Program-made: the position numbers and the translations under genes
Virus record (IMG/VR): IMGVR_UViG_3300020414_000298
Coordinates: 1 to 27,743 of that record
Strand: one strand, 5' to 3'
Origin: a virus
Taxonomy: Duplodnaviria; Caudoviricetes
Length of the DNA: 27,743 nt
Part shown: positions 1-9,860 of the stretch, piece after piece
Layout of the letters: every line of letters starts with the position of its first letter
Position numbering within the stretch: the stretch's first letter is position 1
The notes under the pieces: generated by a model
The model's input: only the letters and a program-made list of their open reading frames with translations
What the model was told of the DNA's origin: nothing
The model's database searches: none

Positions 1-2109
1 TCGCTGTGTGATATTGCGTTGGTTTAGACCAGCGGTAGGGCGGAGGTCGTCAGCACCACCCGTCAAGAAAGGAACATCGCCGTTTAGATCTAACCAACCC
101 TCCAAATCAAATTCACGGGCAAGACGATTTGCTTCACTAGCGTCACCTAATACACGAACGATACGCACATAGTTGCCGCCATCAGCATCACCTCTGACTT
201 CAATGAACGCATCAGATCGACTTAAAGCCTCTTGGTTATTAATGAAGAATTGAGTAATGTTGTCGGTATCAATAAGATCATCAGCCTTATCGATAACAAC
301 CATAGCGCCCTCTTCAATTCGTTGGCCCGTTAGTGGATCAAAAACGCCATAATCACCAACATTATTCATTAAGCGCCGAACAACAGCATCACTCTCAGCA
401 CTAAACTGACGCTCTCCAACTTCAAAGTATTCACTGTTTCTACGAGCAACATTGTCGTAGCTATTAGGATTAGAAGCTACGAGGTAGTCATCACGGACAG
501 AAGCGTACCAGTTTTCATATTGCTCAGGAGTTACAATACCAGCCGGAGGTGTAATAGGCCGAACGATCAAACGGCCATTGCTATCTTGCACAACCTGCCC
601 ATACTGAGTAGAGGTGTTAGGAAGCAGGGGGCCAAATCCCATACGCTCATAAATACGAGCCCGTGTATTAGTTTCTCGTCCACCAAGCTCTACAAGTGTA
701 TTTTTAGCTCGATTAAGAAAATCGACCTGAGTACCTCTTTCAGGTCCATCGACCTTCATGTATTCAAGATCGTCAAACTCAAGCCCGCTGGCTTTAGCAA
801 GACGGCGTGCTACTTCTAATACTTTTTCCTTAGGTGCAGCAGCGTCCATCCGCCTTTGCTGCGCCCCAGAAACCCTTCTAAGTGAGTCGTCAGGTATGGG
901 CAAGTTATAGAGAACTGTGCCAGGTTCAAAGTTACCCTCAGCAATCAACCTGCGGAAATCAGTTCGCATTCTTCCCAGGTTAATAGCACCTGTGCGTGTG
1001 CCTTCTACATCCCAGGAAACTTCAATGGCACCTTTATCTTCAGTAAAAAACCACTCACCTTTCATATCGCCGCCTAGATCGACGGGACGAGTCACATAAT
1101 TTTCACCGACAAGCTGTGCTGATAAAGGGTTTTCAGTACGAGGGATCGAAAGGTCAGCCTGTACATCAGCCTCACGCGCAGCGGTAAGACCTGCGGTAGC
1201 AGCCTGCTCATCAGTAGCGCCACCATTTTTTGCAAGCCAAAAAGCAACTCGACCAGAGACATAACTGACGGCAGCGTCAGCAGCAATGCCAAGACCAAAG
1301 CCTTCGAGTGCTGTCTTAAATCGGCTAAGCCAGGGGTTTTCACCTTCCTCTACAGCAAGAGCAGTAAGCCATGTGGGATACCACTCAGGCGCGTGCTCTT
1401 TGATGAGGTTGGAAAGGTTGCCATCTTCAGGGCTGGAAATGAAGTCAGCAGCAAGGCCACGCAGACCGCTCTGAACAATGCCAGCGCCACCAAACCCACC
1501 AGTGGCATACATGAGTACACCGAACTCACCAAAACCAGCAGCGACCTTGCCGATGCCAGTTTTAGCCATACTGTCGGAACCAAGATCCCATTGGAATGCT
1601 TGGTATTTATCACTGAAGATATTGTCCTTTTCCTCTAGAGGGACAATCTCAGGGAACAGTTGATTGAGAAATGTGCGCCCAGTGTCACCAATAAGTTCAC
1701 CAGTTTCTAGGACACTTTCCGCCGCACCAGCAATGGATTGGTTAAATACCTCAACAGGTTCATTGAGATAATCGCCAACATTGAGTTCACGGTTTTCCTC
1801 CGCCTCAGCAGCTCGACGCTGGTTTTCCCGCATCTGCTCAGGTGTGAACTGATCACCCCCAATAAGATTGTCTAGGGCATCAGCTACAAAAATAGAGGCG
1901 GATCCAATAGGGTCACGGATATTGTCTGCAATAGATGGAGCATCTACAGGCTGAGTATCCTGTGTTTCTGGTGTAGCTGCCTCAGCAGCAGCAGGAGCGG
2001 CAACATCTTCCTCAATCTCACCCGGAGGAGTAACAGTTTGACCTAGGTCTGTCTGCTGCTCTTCCTCATCACTAAATAGATCGTTTACAAAGTTAAACTG
2101 TTCGGACAT
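1..2109 (-). CDS. Internal virion protein (T7 gp16-like), runs off the window start
   Basis: ATG at 2109 (MSEQFNFVNDLFSDEEE...). The frame was open wherever checked, including at position 1 (...TAGLNQRNITQR). It is absent from the ORF track, as expected for an incomplete ORF. It follows the gp14/gp15-like genes. Confidence 0.75.
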   Translation of the reverse strand, partial: MSEQFNFVNDLFSDEEEQQTDLGQTVTPPGEIEEDVAAPAAAEAATPETQDTQPVDAPSIADNIRDPIGSASIFVADALDNLIGGDQFTPEQMRENQRRAAEAEENRELNVGDYLNEPVEVFNQSIAGAAESVLETGELIGDTGRTFLNQLFPEIVPLEEKDNIFSDKYQAFQWDLGSDSMAKTGIGKVAAGFGEFGVLMYATGGFGGAGIVQSGLRGLAADFISSPEDGNLSNLIKEHAPEWYPTWLTALAVEEGENPWLSRFKTALEGFGLGIAADAAVSYVSGRVAFWLAKNGGATDEQAATAGLTAAREADVQADLSIPRTENPLSAQLVGENYVTRPVDLGGDMKGEWFFTEDKGAIEVSWDVEGTRTGAINLGRMRTDFRRLIAEGNFEPGTVLYNLPIPDDSLRRVSGAQQRRMDAAAPKEKVLEVARRLAKASGLEFDDLEYMKVDGPERGTQVDFLNRAKNTLVELGGRETNTRARIYERMGFGPLLPNTSTQYGQVVQDSNGRLIVRPITPPAGIVTPEQYENWYASVRDDYLVASNPNSYDNVARRNSEYFEVGERQFSAESDAVVRRLMNNVGDYGVFDPLTGQRIEEGAMVVIDKADDLIDTDNITQFFINNQEALSRSDAFIEVRGDADGGNYVRIVRVLGDASEANRLAREFDLEGWLDLNGDVPFLTGGADDLRPTAGLNQRNITQR

Positions 2110-2148
2110 AGTAAATACCAATATGCCCGGCACCGCAGTGGGGGCTTA

Positions 2149-4761
2149 TCAATTAAGTAGTTGTTGTGCGTAAGTAAACCGCTTGCCTTCATGCCCATAA
2201 CCCCAGTATTGAACTGATGCGGCCCGCAGGTCGCGTGCTCCAAAACCAGGCTGGGTGAAGACTTTGTAAGCCCAAGGGTTACGTTTTTTCATTTCCCATT
2301 TCATAGCCTGTAGCTGTTCATCAACAGTGGCTTCTGTAATGGGCTTGCCTAAGTAAGATTCGATATTGCGTAAACGGAAGTGATTTCTTTCAGCGTCATC
2401 CATCCAGCTAATAAGACCGCCATTGCGGTCAGAGCCATCACCCATGACTTCGTCCCAGGTACGCTGTCCACGCCAGCCAGATTCTTGCTGGATGTTGCCT
2501 GCTAGATAGGCTGCACCTATATCGGTAAAGCCCAAAGCTTTTAGCTTTGCATATCCCTGCCTCATAGATACAGTGGCAAGACCGCCTTGGGATGGAGTGG
2601 CGCCAGGGTTAAGACTTTGCAGCCTCAGCTCTGTCAACGATGGTTTGCCATAACGCTTAAGTTGTGCGTCAATAAAAGCAGCGTCAGGCATATCCAAAAA
2701 TGCTGCTATATTAGAACTTCTATTGGAAACCTTACCTGTTGTCATCAGAGATTGAACATCAGCTTCAAGCTGTGCAGGTGTGATAAAACTATCTGTATCT
2801 GCATCTAAGCTAATTCTATGTCCAAATGTAGACATAGTTTTTCTAATATCAGTTACCGATTGGGTAGTAAAATTTTCTGATATTTGACCGATGGAGGCAC
2901 TTGTAGAATACATAGGCGCTTTGAACGTCTGAGGAGCGCCAACTTCTTTTCGATGAAGTGTATATTTGTCTTGACTCATGACCTCGGCTCTAATACTTGT
3001 AACAAGTCTGCCAAGTTCATTGGGCTTATTTACAAGTGATGGGTCTGCAGCCAATTCAGACATAAGACGTTCGTGCATCTCTTCGTAAGCAGCATCCATA
3101 CGGAATGCCATTTCAGCCAATGCGTCGGGACTGATTGTGGCTTTATTAGAACCATCTAAAACAAATTTATCAAGTCCTTTCTTAACTGGTGCAAGTGCCT
3201 CAGTTACTTTGTCAGACCACACCTTTTCAGGATGAGCTTTAAGCGCAGCATCTTGCTGCTCTTGAGTAATCAAATTCTCATCCTTCATAGATTGGATTTG
3301 AGCGAGAGTTTTAGTACGAAGAGAGAACTGGGCGTTAGGGTCGTAGTTGTTTCCCTTAGAAAAAATCAATGCAGCAGCTTGCTGACCTGCGAGGGTGCCC
3401 GTACTCCTAAGCTCATTAACTGCCTGTTGAACAGTTATTTCACGATTAATAAAACGTTCTTTAACATTCTGAATGCGGATACCTTCTTCAGCATTTTTCA
3501 GATTAAATAACTGAGTTGCAGATGTGCGAGAAGCTCGTTCTGCTTTATCAAAGATGTGGTCATACTCTTTCCCAAGGAGGATGCCATTGGAAAGACGGTG
3601 ATCGCGAAGACGCCTAATAGCTTCAGTGCGACCATCTTCGTTAAGGTTGTTGACATATTCTTGAAGTGTTTCTGCAGTAGCCGCAGTGCTATTAACACCG
3701 TTGTATCCAATGTTGCCGTGTACAGCAGCATCTACAGCTTCATCGAAGTTTGTACCTACAGTTTCAAATGTTGCAGAATCTGCTAGGTTAGAAACTATCC
3801 CAGACCATTCAGCTTTGTTAGCTGCTTGTACTTTTTGAACATGCTGAGCAGTGACCTGCCTAACAGTATTTTGAATTGCATTAAGAGCTGCTGGCTTAAA
3901 CTTTTCAGCGATCTTGATACGATCGAGACCACGCAATCCAGCTTTCTCTGCAAATTTTTGGACGATCCTTTGGGCATCTAGATAGCCATCAGCACCAGGA
4001 CGAATAAGACCCTGAGCTGAAGCATCTAAAAGCACAGGCTCAATCATTGCAGCAGCAGAATCAAGGTTGCCATTGACGCGGCTGATTTGTTTGAAGAACG
4101 TTGATTGCTGAAGATCAGATGCAATCTTTTGATCAATAGGATCGTTGCTGTCTCGTAGATCAGCGACAGAGTTATTGATTGCCGTAGATTCAGCTTTAAT
4201 AGCTGTATTTTCTGCATCAACAGAGCTAGTATCTACAGGCTCATTGTCAAAGAAAGTTGAGCCTAGTCCAATAGCTTCGTTAGCTTCGTTAGCAGCTTCA
4301 AGTTTTTCTGCTGCCTCAAGCTTAAGCTTCATGACACTGCCACCAACCTCTAAAAGGCTGTTGACAGCAGATCCAATGAATTTGATCTTAGCCGCTTGCA
4401 GATTGTTTTTTGCTTGCAATGCAGCGAAGTCAACTTGCATTTGAGCACGTTCATGGCCGTGCTCCATCTTCATAGTGTTGGAGTCAAAAAGCTGTTGCGT
4501 TGCTAGTGCATCTCGCTCTTGACCTTGCTGAACCTTCTGAGCACTAGAAGCAATCCTCTGTTTAGATTCAAGCTCTAAGTTTTCTTGCTGCTGTTCACGA
4601 TTGATTTCTCTCGAAACAGCCTGCCTATCTTGCTCACGTGCTTGCTTCCAACCCTGCAGTTGCTTATCAGATGATTGTGCTTTGACAGGATTAAACTTGA
4701 CGCTAGTATTTACACCTTTATAGCGTGCGCCGGTTACTTCAGATTTGTAGATACGACTCAT
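2149..4761 (-). CDS. Internal virion protein (gp15-like) with C-terminal phage tail lysozyme-like domain
   Basis: 870-aa helical Q/A-rich ORF. The C-terminal GAAYLAGNIQQESG...GLISW...EQLQAMKWEM segment resembles Phage_lysozyme2. Synteny supports the call. Confidence 0.75.
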   Translation of the reverse strand: MSRIYKSEVTGARYKGVNTSVKFNPVKAQSSDKQLQGWKQAREQDRQAVSREINREQQQENLELESKQRIASSAQKVQQGQERDALATQQLFDSNTMKMEHGHERAQMQVDFAALQAKNNLQAAKIKFIGSAVNSLLEVGGSVMKLKLEAAEKLEAANEANEAIGLGSTFFDNEPVDTSSVDAENTAIKAESTAINNSVADLRDSNDPIDQKIASDLQQSTFFKQISRVNGNLDSAAAMIEPVLLDASAQGLIRPGADGYLDAQRIVQKFAEKAGLRGLDRIKIAEKFKPAALNAIQNTVRQVTAQHVQKVQAANKAEWSGIVSNLADSATFETVGTNFDEAVDAAVHGNIGYNGVNSTAATAETLQEYVNNLNEDGRTEAIRRLRDHRLSNGILLGKEYDHIFDKAERASRTSATQLFNLKNAEEGIRIQNVKERFINREITVQQAVNELRSTGTLAGQQAAALIFSKGNNYDPNAQFSLRTKTLAQIQSMKDENLITQEQQDAALKAHPEKVWSDKVTEALAPVKKGLDKFVLDGSNKATISPDALAEMAFRMDAAYEEMHERLMSELAADPSLVNKPNELGRLVTSIRAEVMSQDKYTLHRKEVGAPQTFKAPMYSTSASIGQISENFTTQSVTDIRKTMSTFGHRISLDADTDSFITPAQLEADVQSLMTTGKVSNRSSNIAAFLDMPDAAFIDAQLKRYGKPSLTELRLQSLNPGATPSQGGLATVSMRQGYAKLKALGFTDIGAAYLAGNIQQESGWRGQRTWDEVMGDGSDRNGGLISWMDDAERNHFRLRNIESYLGKPITEATVDEQLQAMKWEMKKRNPWAYKVFTQPGFGARDLRAASVQYWGYGHEGKRFTYAQQLLN

Positions 4762-5582
4762 GACGGCAGACCAATAGCTAGCGTAGAACCATCGATAAAT
4801 GCTGGAGTATCAGGCATTGAGGGCATATATGGGTCAGACGGCTTAAATGAAATTTCAGAATAAGCTTGATTGTCTGCAGATTGATTTTGGATATATGCAG
4901 ACTCCATAGCAATGGATGCAATATCAGAGGCAGCTCCAAGCTGTGCAGTTTCTTGTGCAGTAGCAAAGCCAGCTTGACGTTCAACATCATTCAACAAAAG
5001 TCCGACTGACTGACCAGTGCGACCTGCTGCAAGGATAGTGCCTTTAGTGCCAATAGATTTAGCCAGAATTGCTTGCTGTTCAAATGCAGCTTTCTTTTTA
5101 GCCTGGATTAATTTTGCTTGTTCTCCTTTGTAAACGCGGTTTGCTGCCTCAGCGTTTAGATCTGTCTGCAGCCTTGCACGCTCAACGTCACGCTGATAAG
5201 TGATACGCTGCGCTTCATTGCGTTCCATGATCGATGCACGATCATTAAGAACTTGTCGCCGCTGCTGCTGGTATTGCTGCAGCATTGAAGCGTTAGTTTG
5301 TGCAACTTGCAAATTATATGCTTGTTGATTTTGTCGTTGTGAAAGAATCTGGTTTTGACGCTGTTGATCCTGCTGAAGAATCATTTGCTGTCGGTTCATT
5401 TCTTGCTGGCGCTGAGCTTGCTGCGCCTGCATATTCATTTGGGCCTGCGCTGCTGCAGCCTGCTGTTGCATTCCAATAGCGGCTATGCCAAGTGAAGCAA
5501 CAGTAGAAGCAATAGCAATGTTGGCTGTTAGGGCGGCACCTGCTGAGATGCCTGCAGCGGGGGCTGCTGCTACTACGCACAT
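4758..5582 (-). CDS. Internal virion protein (gp14-like)
   Basis: 274 aa, with an MC start, an Ala/Gly-rich hydrophobic N-terminus, a Gln-rich coiled coil and an AAGRTGQSV motif. Synteny supports the call. Confidence 0.7.
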   Translation of the reverse strand: MCVVAAAPAAGISAGAALTANIAIASTVASLGIAAIGMQQQAAAAQAQMNMQAQQAQRQQEMNRQQMILQQDQQRQNQILSQRQNQQAYNLQVAQTNASMLQQYQQQRRQVLNDRASIMERNEAQRITYQRDVERARLQTDLNAEAANRVYKGEQAKLIQAKKKAAFEQQAILAKSIGTKGTILAAGRTGQSVGLLLNDVERQAGFATAQETAQLGAASDIASIAMESAYIQNQSADNQAYSEISFKPSDPYMPSMPDTPAFIDGSTLAIGLPS

Positions 5583-6025
5583 AGTTTTACAATTTCATAA
5601 TATGGAAGAGCATCAGGTCCAGTTGGGACTGTACGCAAAGCGCGAAAACCTAGATGCTTAAGTAGTTTGTGGTGGACATCATTTCTGGCATCAGCCAGAT
5701 TCCATAAAAGCTTGTAATCAGATTCGACCTCCCTGAGCCAAGCTTTAGCTCCACGCACAAAGGTGTGCGGTTTGGATGTAATCAGTGGAGTGCATAGCAT
5801 CCAGATTTGACCTTCTGTAGGGCTTAATCGAACGACGCCAGCAATACCAGCTGGACTACCGTCAGTGTCATGAAAGAACGTAGCGTGTTCACTAATGAGC
5901 ACCCCAAAAGGAACATGAAGGGGGGACGAGCCTGTACCCCTCAGTTCCTCTAGGTCTTCCTTGCGTAGATTGTTAAGCACCAACAAACCATCTTTATATG
6001 TGGCAGTGCGGTGATACTTAGACAT
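5573..6025 (-). CDS. T7 gp13-like protein (acetyltransferase-like fold)
   Basis: 150 aa with NLRKEDLEEL, IWMLCT and LWNLADARNDVHHKLLKHLGF motifs. It lies directly after tail tube B. Confidence 0.7.
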   Translation of the reverse strand: MSKYHRTATYKDGLLVLNNLRKEDLEELRGTGSSPLHVPFGVLISEHATFFHDTDGSPAGIAGVVRLSPTEGQIWMLCTPLITSKPHTFVRGAKAWLREVESDYKLLWNLADARNDVHHKLLKHLGFRALRTVPTGPDALPYYEIVKLCA

Positions 6026-9000
6026 TACATCAGGCGAACGCCTCGGTTGTTGTAGTGACCTTCCCAGCGATAACTGGTGATAGATGCGGGAAGTGGGTCA
6101 GATGCCTTAATAGTAAGAGTGGCATAATCGCCACGGCTATACACAGGAATCTGTTGTGTGCTGATCTCATCAATAGCAGCAGCGTTAGCTGAATAGATAT
6201 CAGCAACAGTTGTATCAAGGTCGACTGATTTAAGGTCGTAACCTCGTCTTTCAATATCTACAGAGTATCGACCTGAATAATACAAATCGAGATAGACATT
6301 TTCAATCATCGGAATGTTAAGGCGGTCAGCACGCTTTTCTTCTTTGACAAAGAAAGATGGAAGCTTGACCTTCATGTCATAGTCCAAACCAAGAATAAAA
6401 TCTTGATCGGCTAGATCCTCATCGATAGTCACAAAATAGCCAGTTGAATCAGATTCAATGTCGGGGCTACGATAAAGAGTGCTGTTACCGTCAAGGGTGA
6501 GAATAACGGTTGGCTGAGTATCAACAACAAACGATCCAGCTGGGAACCGAATAATCTTTTTACCAGCCGCCGAGGATGCAGCAACAGTGGTCTGTGATTT
6601 CAGAAGACTGTGGTCAAGCCGTGGGGCAAATCTGCTACCAAATGCAGTAATTGGAGAAGTACGAGGATCGTCTAACATCTCCATTTTTAGGAGAACATGA
6701 GACGTGCCATTGCGACAAACAATGTATCCAGTGTCATGGTCAAAGCCAATACTTTCTACAGGGCTAGGCATGATCCATTTAGACCATCCAGCGAGGCTGC
6801 GCTCATTGCCTGTATTGAAGAATTTGAAAGTCCAAAGGGTTTTAGATCCATCACCAAAAATGCACAAGCTGTTGTTGGGGCTAGACGCTGCAAGCGTTAA
6901 TCCTGGTGGGATGTACTCAGGAACAATGCGGGTGTTTTCACTGACCACAGGACGGTTGTCCACAGAGTCCACAGCCATTTCATAGACCTTGGTGAAGGTG
7001 TCAGCCTCAGTGCTAAACAAGATGGAAACACCCGTTTCAAGAGGTGCGATGTCACTGCTGTAGCTGTACTGAGACAGCTCTTTGATGGTGACAGTAGAGG
7101 GACCAAAGGCTGTCTCGGAGGTGGACAGCAGGAACTGGCTGTTTTCAGCAAACAGCAGCAAACCCTTAGGAGTACCTAATGCTGCCTTCAGAGAGGCTGG
7201 TTTAGTGCTACTAGCTGACATATCAATAGGGTCAGCATCACTAACAGCGATAGCTGAATCAACAAAGAAATCAAAGAAGTCACCTGGCTGGCTAAGTACA
7301 ATAGTATCTTCTGACAAGAATCCAAGGCGATTCATGTAGAAGACCATGCCTTTAATTTTGTTGCCAACGAAAGTAGGATTAGGATTACTTTCCTCATCGC
7401 CAACATCTCTGGATGCCCAGCTCAGTTCATCATTGTAGGTAGATGAAAGTTGTCGAACTGTAAAGGTACCATTCGCCTCACGAATCATTGCATGGGGCAT
7501 AGTGTTGGGATTCAAGTCCGTAGTAATCCCAGGCTTATGAGTTTCTTCCCAGGAACCCTGACCAGGGATTTCTCCAGAGGCAGGTACAAACTTAACGTAG
7601 TAATCATCAGCATCTGATTCAGATGAGTTTCTTACCAACAAAATAACGCCTTTGACACATTGCCTAGGCAGAAGACTTACATCGTTGACAGAGCCTTTAA
7701 TACCATAGAGAGCGTTATTAGTAGTACCACCTTTAGTTTGAATGTTAAAGTCTCTACCATCAGTCCGCCTGATAACGATTACGTTACCGACAGGAGTTGC
7801 AGAATATCCAGATAAGGCTTGGATTGAACTTGTTAAACTAGATACAATCAAGTTTACATCGAGAGTACCTGAAGTTGCGTTGGCTGGGGTGGTATAAGTC
7901 GCAGTCGCCTCAGCCGCATAGCTATAACCGAAAGCCTCATCTTCGACGCGGATCGTATAGGATTGCCCGCTGAGAGTAACGTTTACAGAATCTCCAATAC
8001 GCCAGTTAGATCCACCATTGGTTAAAGTAACTCGGGAAGCATAGACACTTTTGTAAGAAAAACTGCTGGTTGATTGGGCCTGTTGGACTGAAGAAACTTG
8101 GAAACTTAAGCCATAAGATGATCCAGCGGGTGCGATATGTCCACTGGATAGAGTAGTATTTGCTCCGATAGTACCAGAATCACTAATTACATAACCTGTG
8201 GCCCACTCACCTGTGCCGTTAGTTGTATAGTTTTGGATTGTAGCAGTAGGAGAACTATAGTTTTTAATGTCTGGATTGCTGAGAGCATTCTGTACTCTCA
8301 CCTCAACTCTGACAGTTATATTGCCAGCGGGAGTTGTTGAAGTGAAGTTACGATATAGATAACTACCAACAGCATAGTTTTCCGCTGATCCAAAATTTAC
8401 TGTGCCCCAAAGCTGAGGTCCTGAGTAAGCGAAATCAGGAATAGAACCACCGCGCCATTCAACTGCAGTGGGAAAGAAAGCACCATCTGTTTCTTCAGTT
8501 ACAAGAGTTGGTGAACAGCTAGTAGTTAATGTAAAACCTAAACCAGTCTTGGATCCAGAGTTTTCAGAAAATGTTTGAGTGCCAGCTTTTCCACAGTTAC
8601 CGTTGGTATCGTCTTCAAAAGAACCTGGGCTTACAGAAAGTTTACTAGCACGATATACTTTCTCCTGCTGCGTCTGCTGACCATCTTTTAGAAAATCAAC
8701 TGTGTATTGTGTGTTGTATGCAACTTGGTTGACAACAACTAAAGCTTCAGGATTGGTCTCATCATCAGAAGCGGCATCCATAGTTACATTCTTCTCAGCG
8801 TTACAGAGAAGTGTGTAATCGTTGATGGTCAGTTGCTGGATATTTTTTGGATCAGAAACTTTTAGGTATTCACCTGCAGAAGAGGCGATGTTGACGGTCT
8901 GCTCAGCTCCAGTATCGGCGTCCCAGACACGGATGCTGGTAGAACCACTGCTGGTGTAAATCGCAGAGACATACCTCTCAGTTCCGTTACGGAAGATGTT

Positions 9001-9195
9001 GAACCACTTAGCCCCCTCAGGGACGTTGGTAGCCAGCTCTCCCACAAACTGCGTAGGCGGACGCTTACGGCAGCCAAAGGTGGGATCGAGAAGTACGTTC
9101 TCTGCCTCTTTCACCTGGCCGGGAAGCTTGAGCGGATCAGGCTGCTGACTTACACCTCCCAACAGGTTCGGGACAATTTGAGAGATAGCGGCCAT
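6025..9195 (-). CDS. Tail tubular protein B (nozzle, T7 gp12-like)
   Basis: 1056 aa. N-terminal ISQIVPNLLGGVSQQPD...GCRKRPPT, plus NPNPTFVG, NRLGFLS, DADPID and WSKW motifs. Confidence 0.92.
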   Translation of the reverse strand: MAAISQIVPNLLGGVSQQPDPLKLPGQVKEAENVLLDPTFGCRKRPPTQFVGELATNVPEGAKWFNIFRNGTERYVSAIYTSSGSTSIRVWDADTGAEQTVNIASSAGEYLKVSDPKNIQQLTINDYTLLCNAEKNVTMDAASDDETNPEALVVVNQVAYNTQYTVDFLKDGQQTQQEKVYRASKLSVSPGSFEDDTNGNCGKAGTQTFSENSGSKTGLGFTLTTSCSPTLVTEETDGAFFPTAVEWRGGSIPDFAYSGPQLWGTVNFGSAENYAVGSYLYRNFTSTTPAGNITVRVEVRVQNALSNPDIKNYSSPTATIQNYTTNGTGEWATGYVISDSGTIGANTTLSSGHIAPAGSSYGLSFQVSSVQQAQSTSSFSYKSVYASRVTLTNGGSNWRIGDSVNVTLSGQSYTIRVEDEAFGYSYAAEATATYTTPANATSGTLDVNLIVSSLTSSIQALSGYSATPVGNVIVIRRTDGRDFNIQTKGGTTNNALYGIKGSVNDVSLLPRQCVKGVILLVRNSSESDADDYYVKFVPASGEIPGQGSWEETHKPGITTDLNPNTMPHAMIREANGTFTVRQLSSTYNDELSWASRDVGDEESNPNPTFVGNKIKGMVFYMNRLGFLSEDTIVLSQPGDFFDFFVDSAIAVSDADPIDMSASSTKPASLKAALGTPKGLLLFAENSQFLLSTSETAFGPSTVTIKELSQYSYSSDIAPLETGVSILFSTEADTFTKVYEMAVDSVDNRPVVSENTRIVPEYIPPGLTLAASSPNNSLCIFGDGSKTLWTFKFFNTGNERSLAGWSKWIMPSPVESIGFDHDTGYIVCRNGTSHVLLKMEMLDDPRTSPITAFGSRFAPRLDHSLLKSQTTVAASSAAGKKIIRFPAGSFVVDTQPTVILTLDGNSTLYRSPDIESDSTGYFVTIDEDLADQDFILGLDYDMKVKLPSFFVKEEKRADRLNIPMIENVYLDLYYSGRYSVDIERRGYDLKSVDLDTTVADIYSANAAAIDEISTQQIPVYSRGDYATLTIKASDPLPASITSYRWEGHYNNRGVRLM

Positions 9196-9197
9196 AA

Positions 9198-9803
9198 CTA
9201 CGGACGGAGGAGAACGTTAATAGGTCGGTGTGCGGATTTCTGATAGGTGTCATCGCCATCGCCATCAGCGAAGATTGTGTAGTTACCCTGCTGCGTGTCG
9301 TACTCCAGAAGAGTTGCACGAGCAATGGTCTCTTCGCGTTGGCCGAAGCTCACAGCTTCCTGGGAGCCAACGGAGCGACCGGCAAAAACGTTTGCTGCAC
9401 GAATGGTGATGTAGTTCTTAAATGCTTCGGGGAGATCCTCAAAGTCAAAAAGCCATTGGACATCCAGCTCTTGCTGTTTATCGAATGTGTAGGTGTGCTT
9501 AACACGGTCGTACAGCTTGCCGTTGCGGATCACGGTTTGCGTGCCGTCACCGGGCTTGGTGTCGAGCTGCAGCACGTTGTCAGGAATGACGATCTCTTTG
9601 TTGCTATCAGGAGTAAACGGATACCCACGCTCCGTGTTGTACTCCCAGCCCTCAGCAAGGACTGCAATAGTAATCTCATCTAGGATTTGTTCAGCCATCT
9701 CCACCAACGGATTGCCTGACTCCAGGTTGGTGACAGGAGCTTGGCCGATGTTAGAAATGATGGTATTGACGGCTTGTAGTTTAGTCGCCTTTTTAATTGC
9801 CAT
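9198..9803 (-). CDS. Tail tubular protein A (adaptor, T7 gp11-like)
   Basis: 201 aa with LQAVNTIISNIGQAPV, EGWEYNTE, GKLYDR and FEDLPEAFKNYI motifs. Confidence 0.92.
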   Translation of the reverse strand: MAIKKATKLQAVNTIISNIGQAPVTNLESGNPLVEMAEQILDEITIAVLAEGWEYNTERGYPFTPDSNKEIVIPDNVLQLDTKPGDGTQTVIRNGKLYDRVKHTYTFDKQQELDVQWLFDFEDLPEAFKNYITIRAANVFAGRSVGSQEAVSFGQREETIARATLLEYDTQQGNYTIFADGDGDDTYQKSAHRPINVLLRP

Positions 9804-9826
9804 TTATTTACTTAGGGAATGGGAAG

Positions 9827-9850
9827 CCCAAAGGCCCGAAGGCCTAAGGG
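9827..9850 (-). terminator. T-phi-like hairpin after the capsid gene
   Basis: Minus strand CCC-UU-AGGCC-UUCG-GGCCU-UU-GGG, a cUUCGg-capped stem 10 nt after the capsid stop. This is the position of T7 T-phi. The U-tract is weak. Confidence 0.55.
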
Positions 9851-9860
9851 TGGGTATAGA

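Noticed and set aside
5260-5470. CAG/CAA-rich low-complexity runs (also 13700-13750; Pro codons at 15430-15550)
   Set aside because: They are explained by Gln- and Pro-rich protein segments and are not DNA-level repeats.
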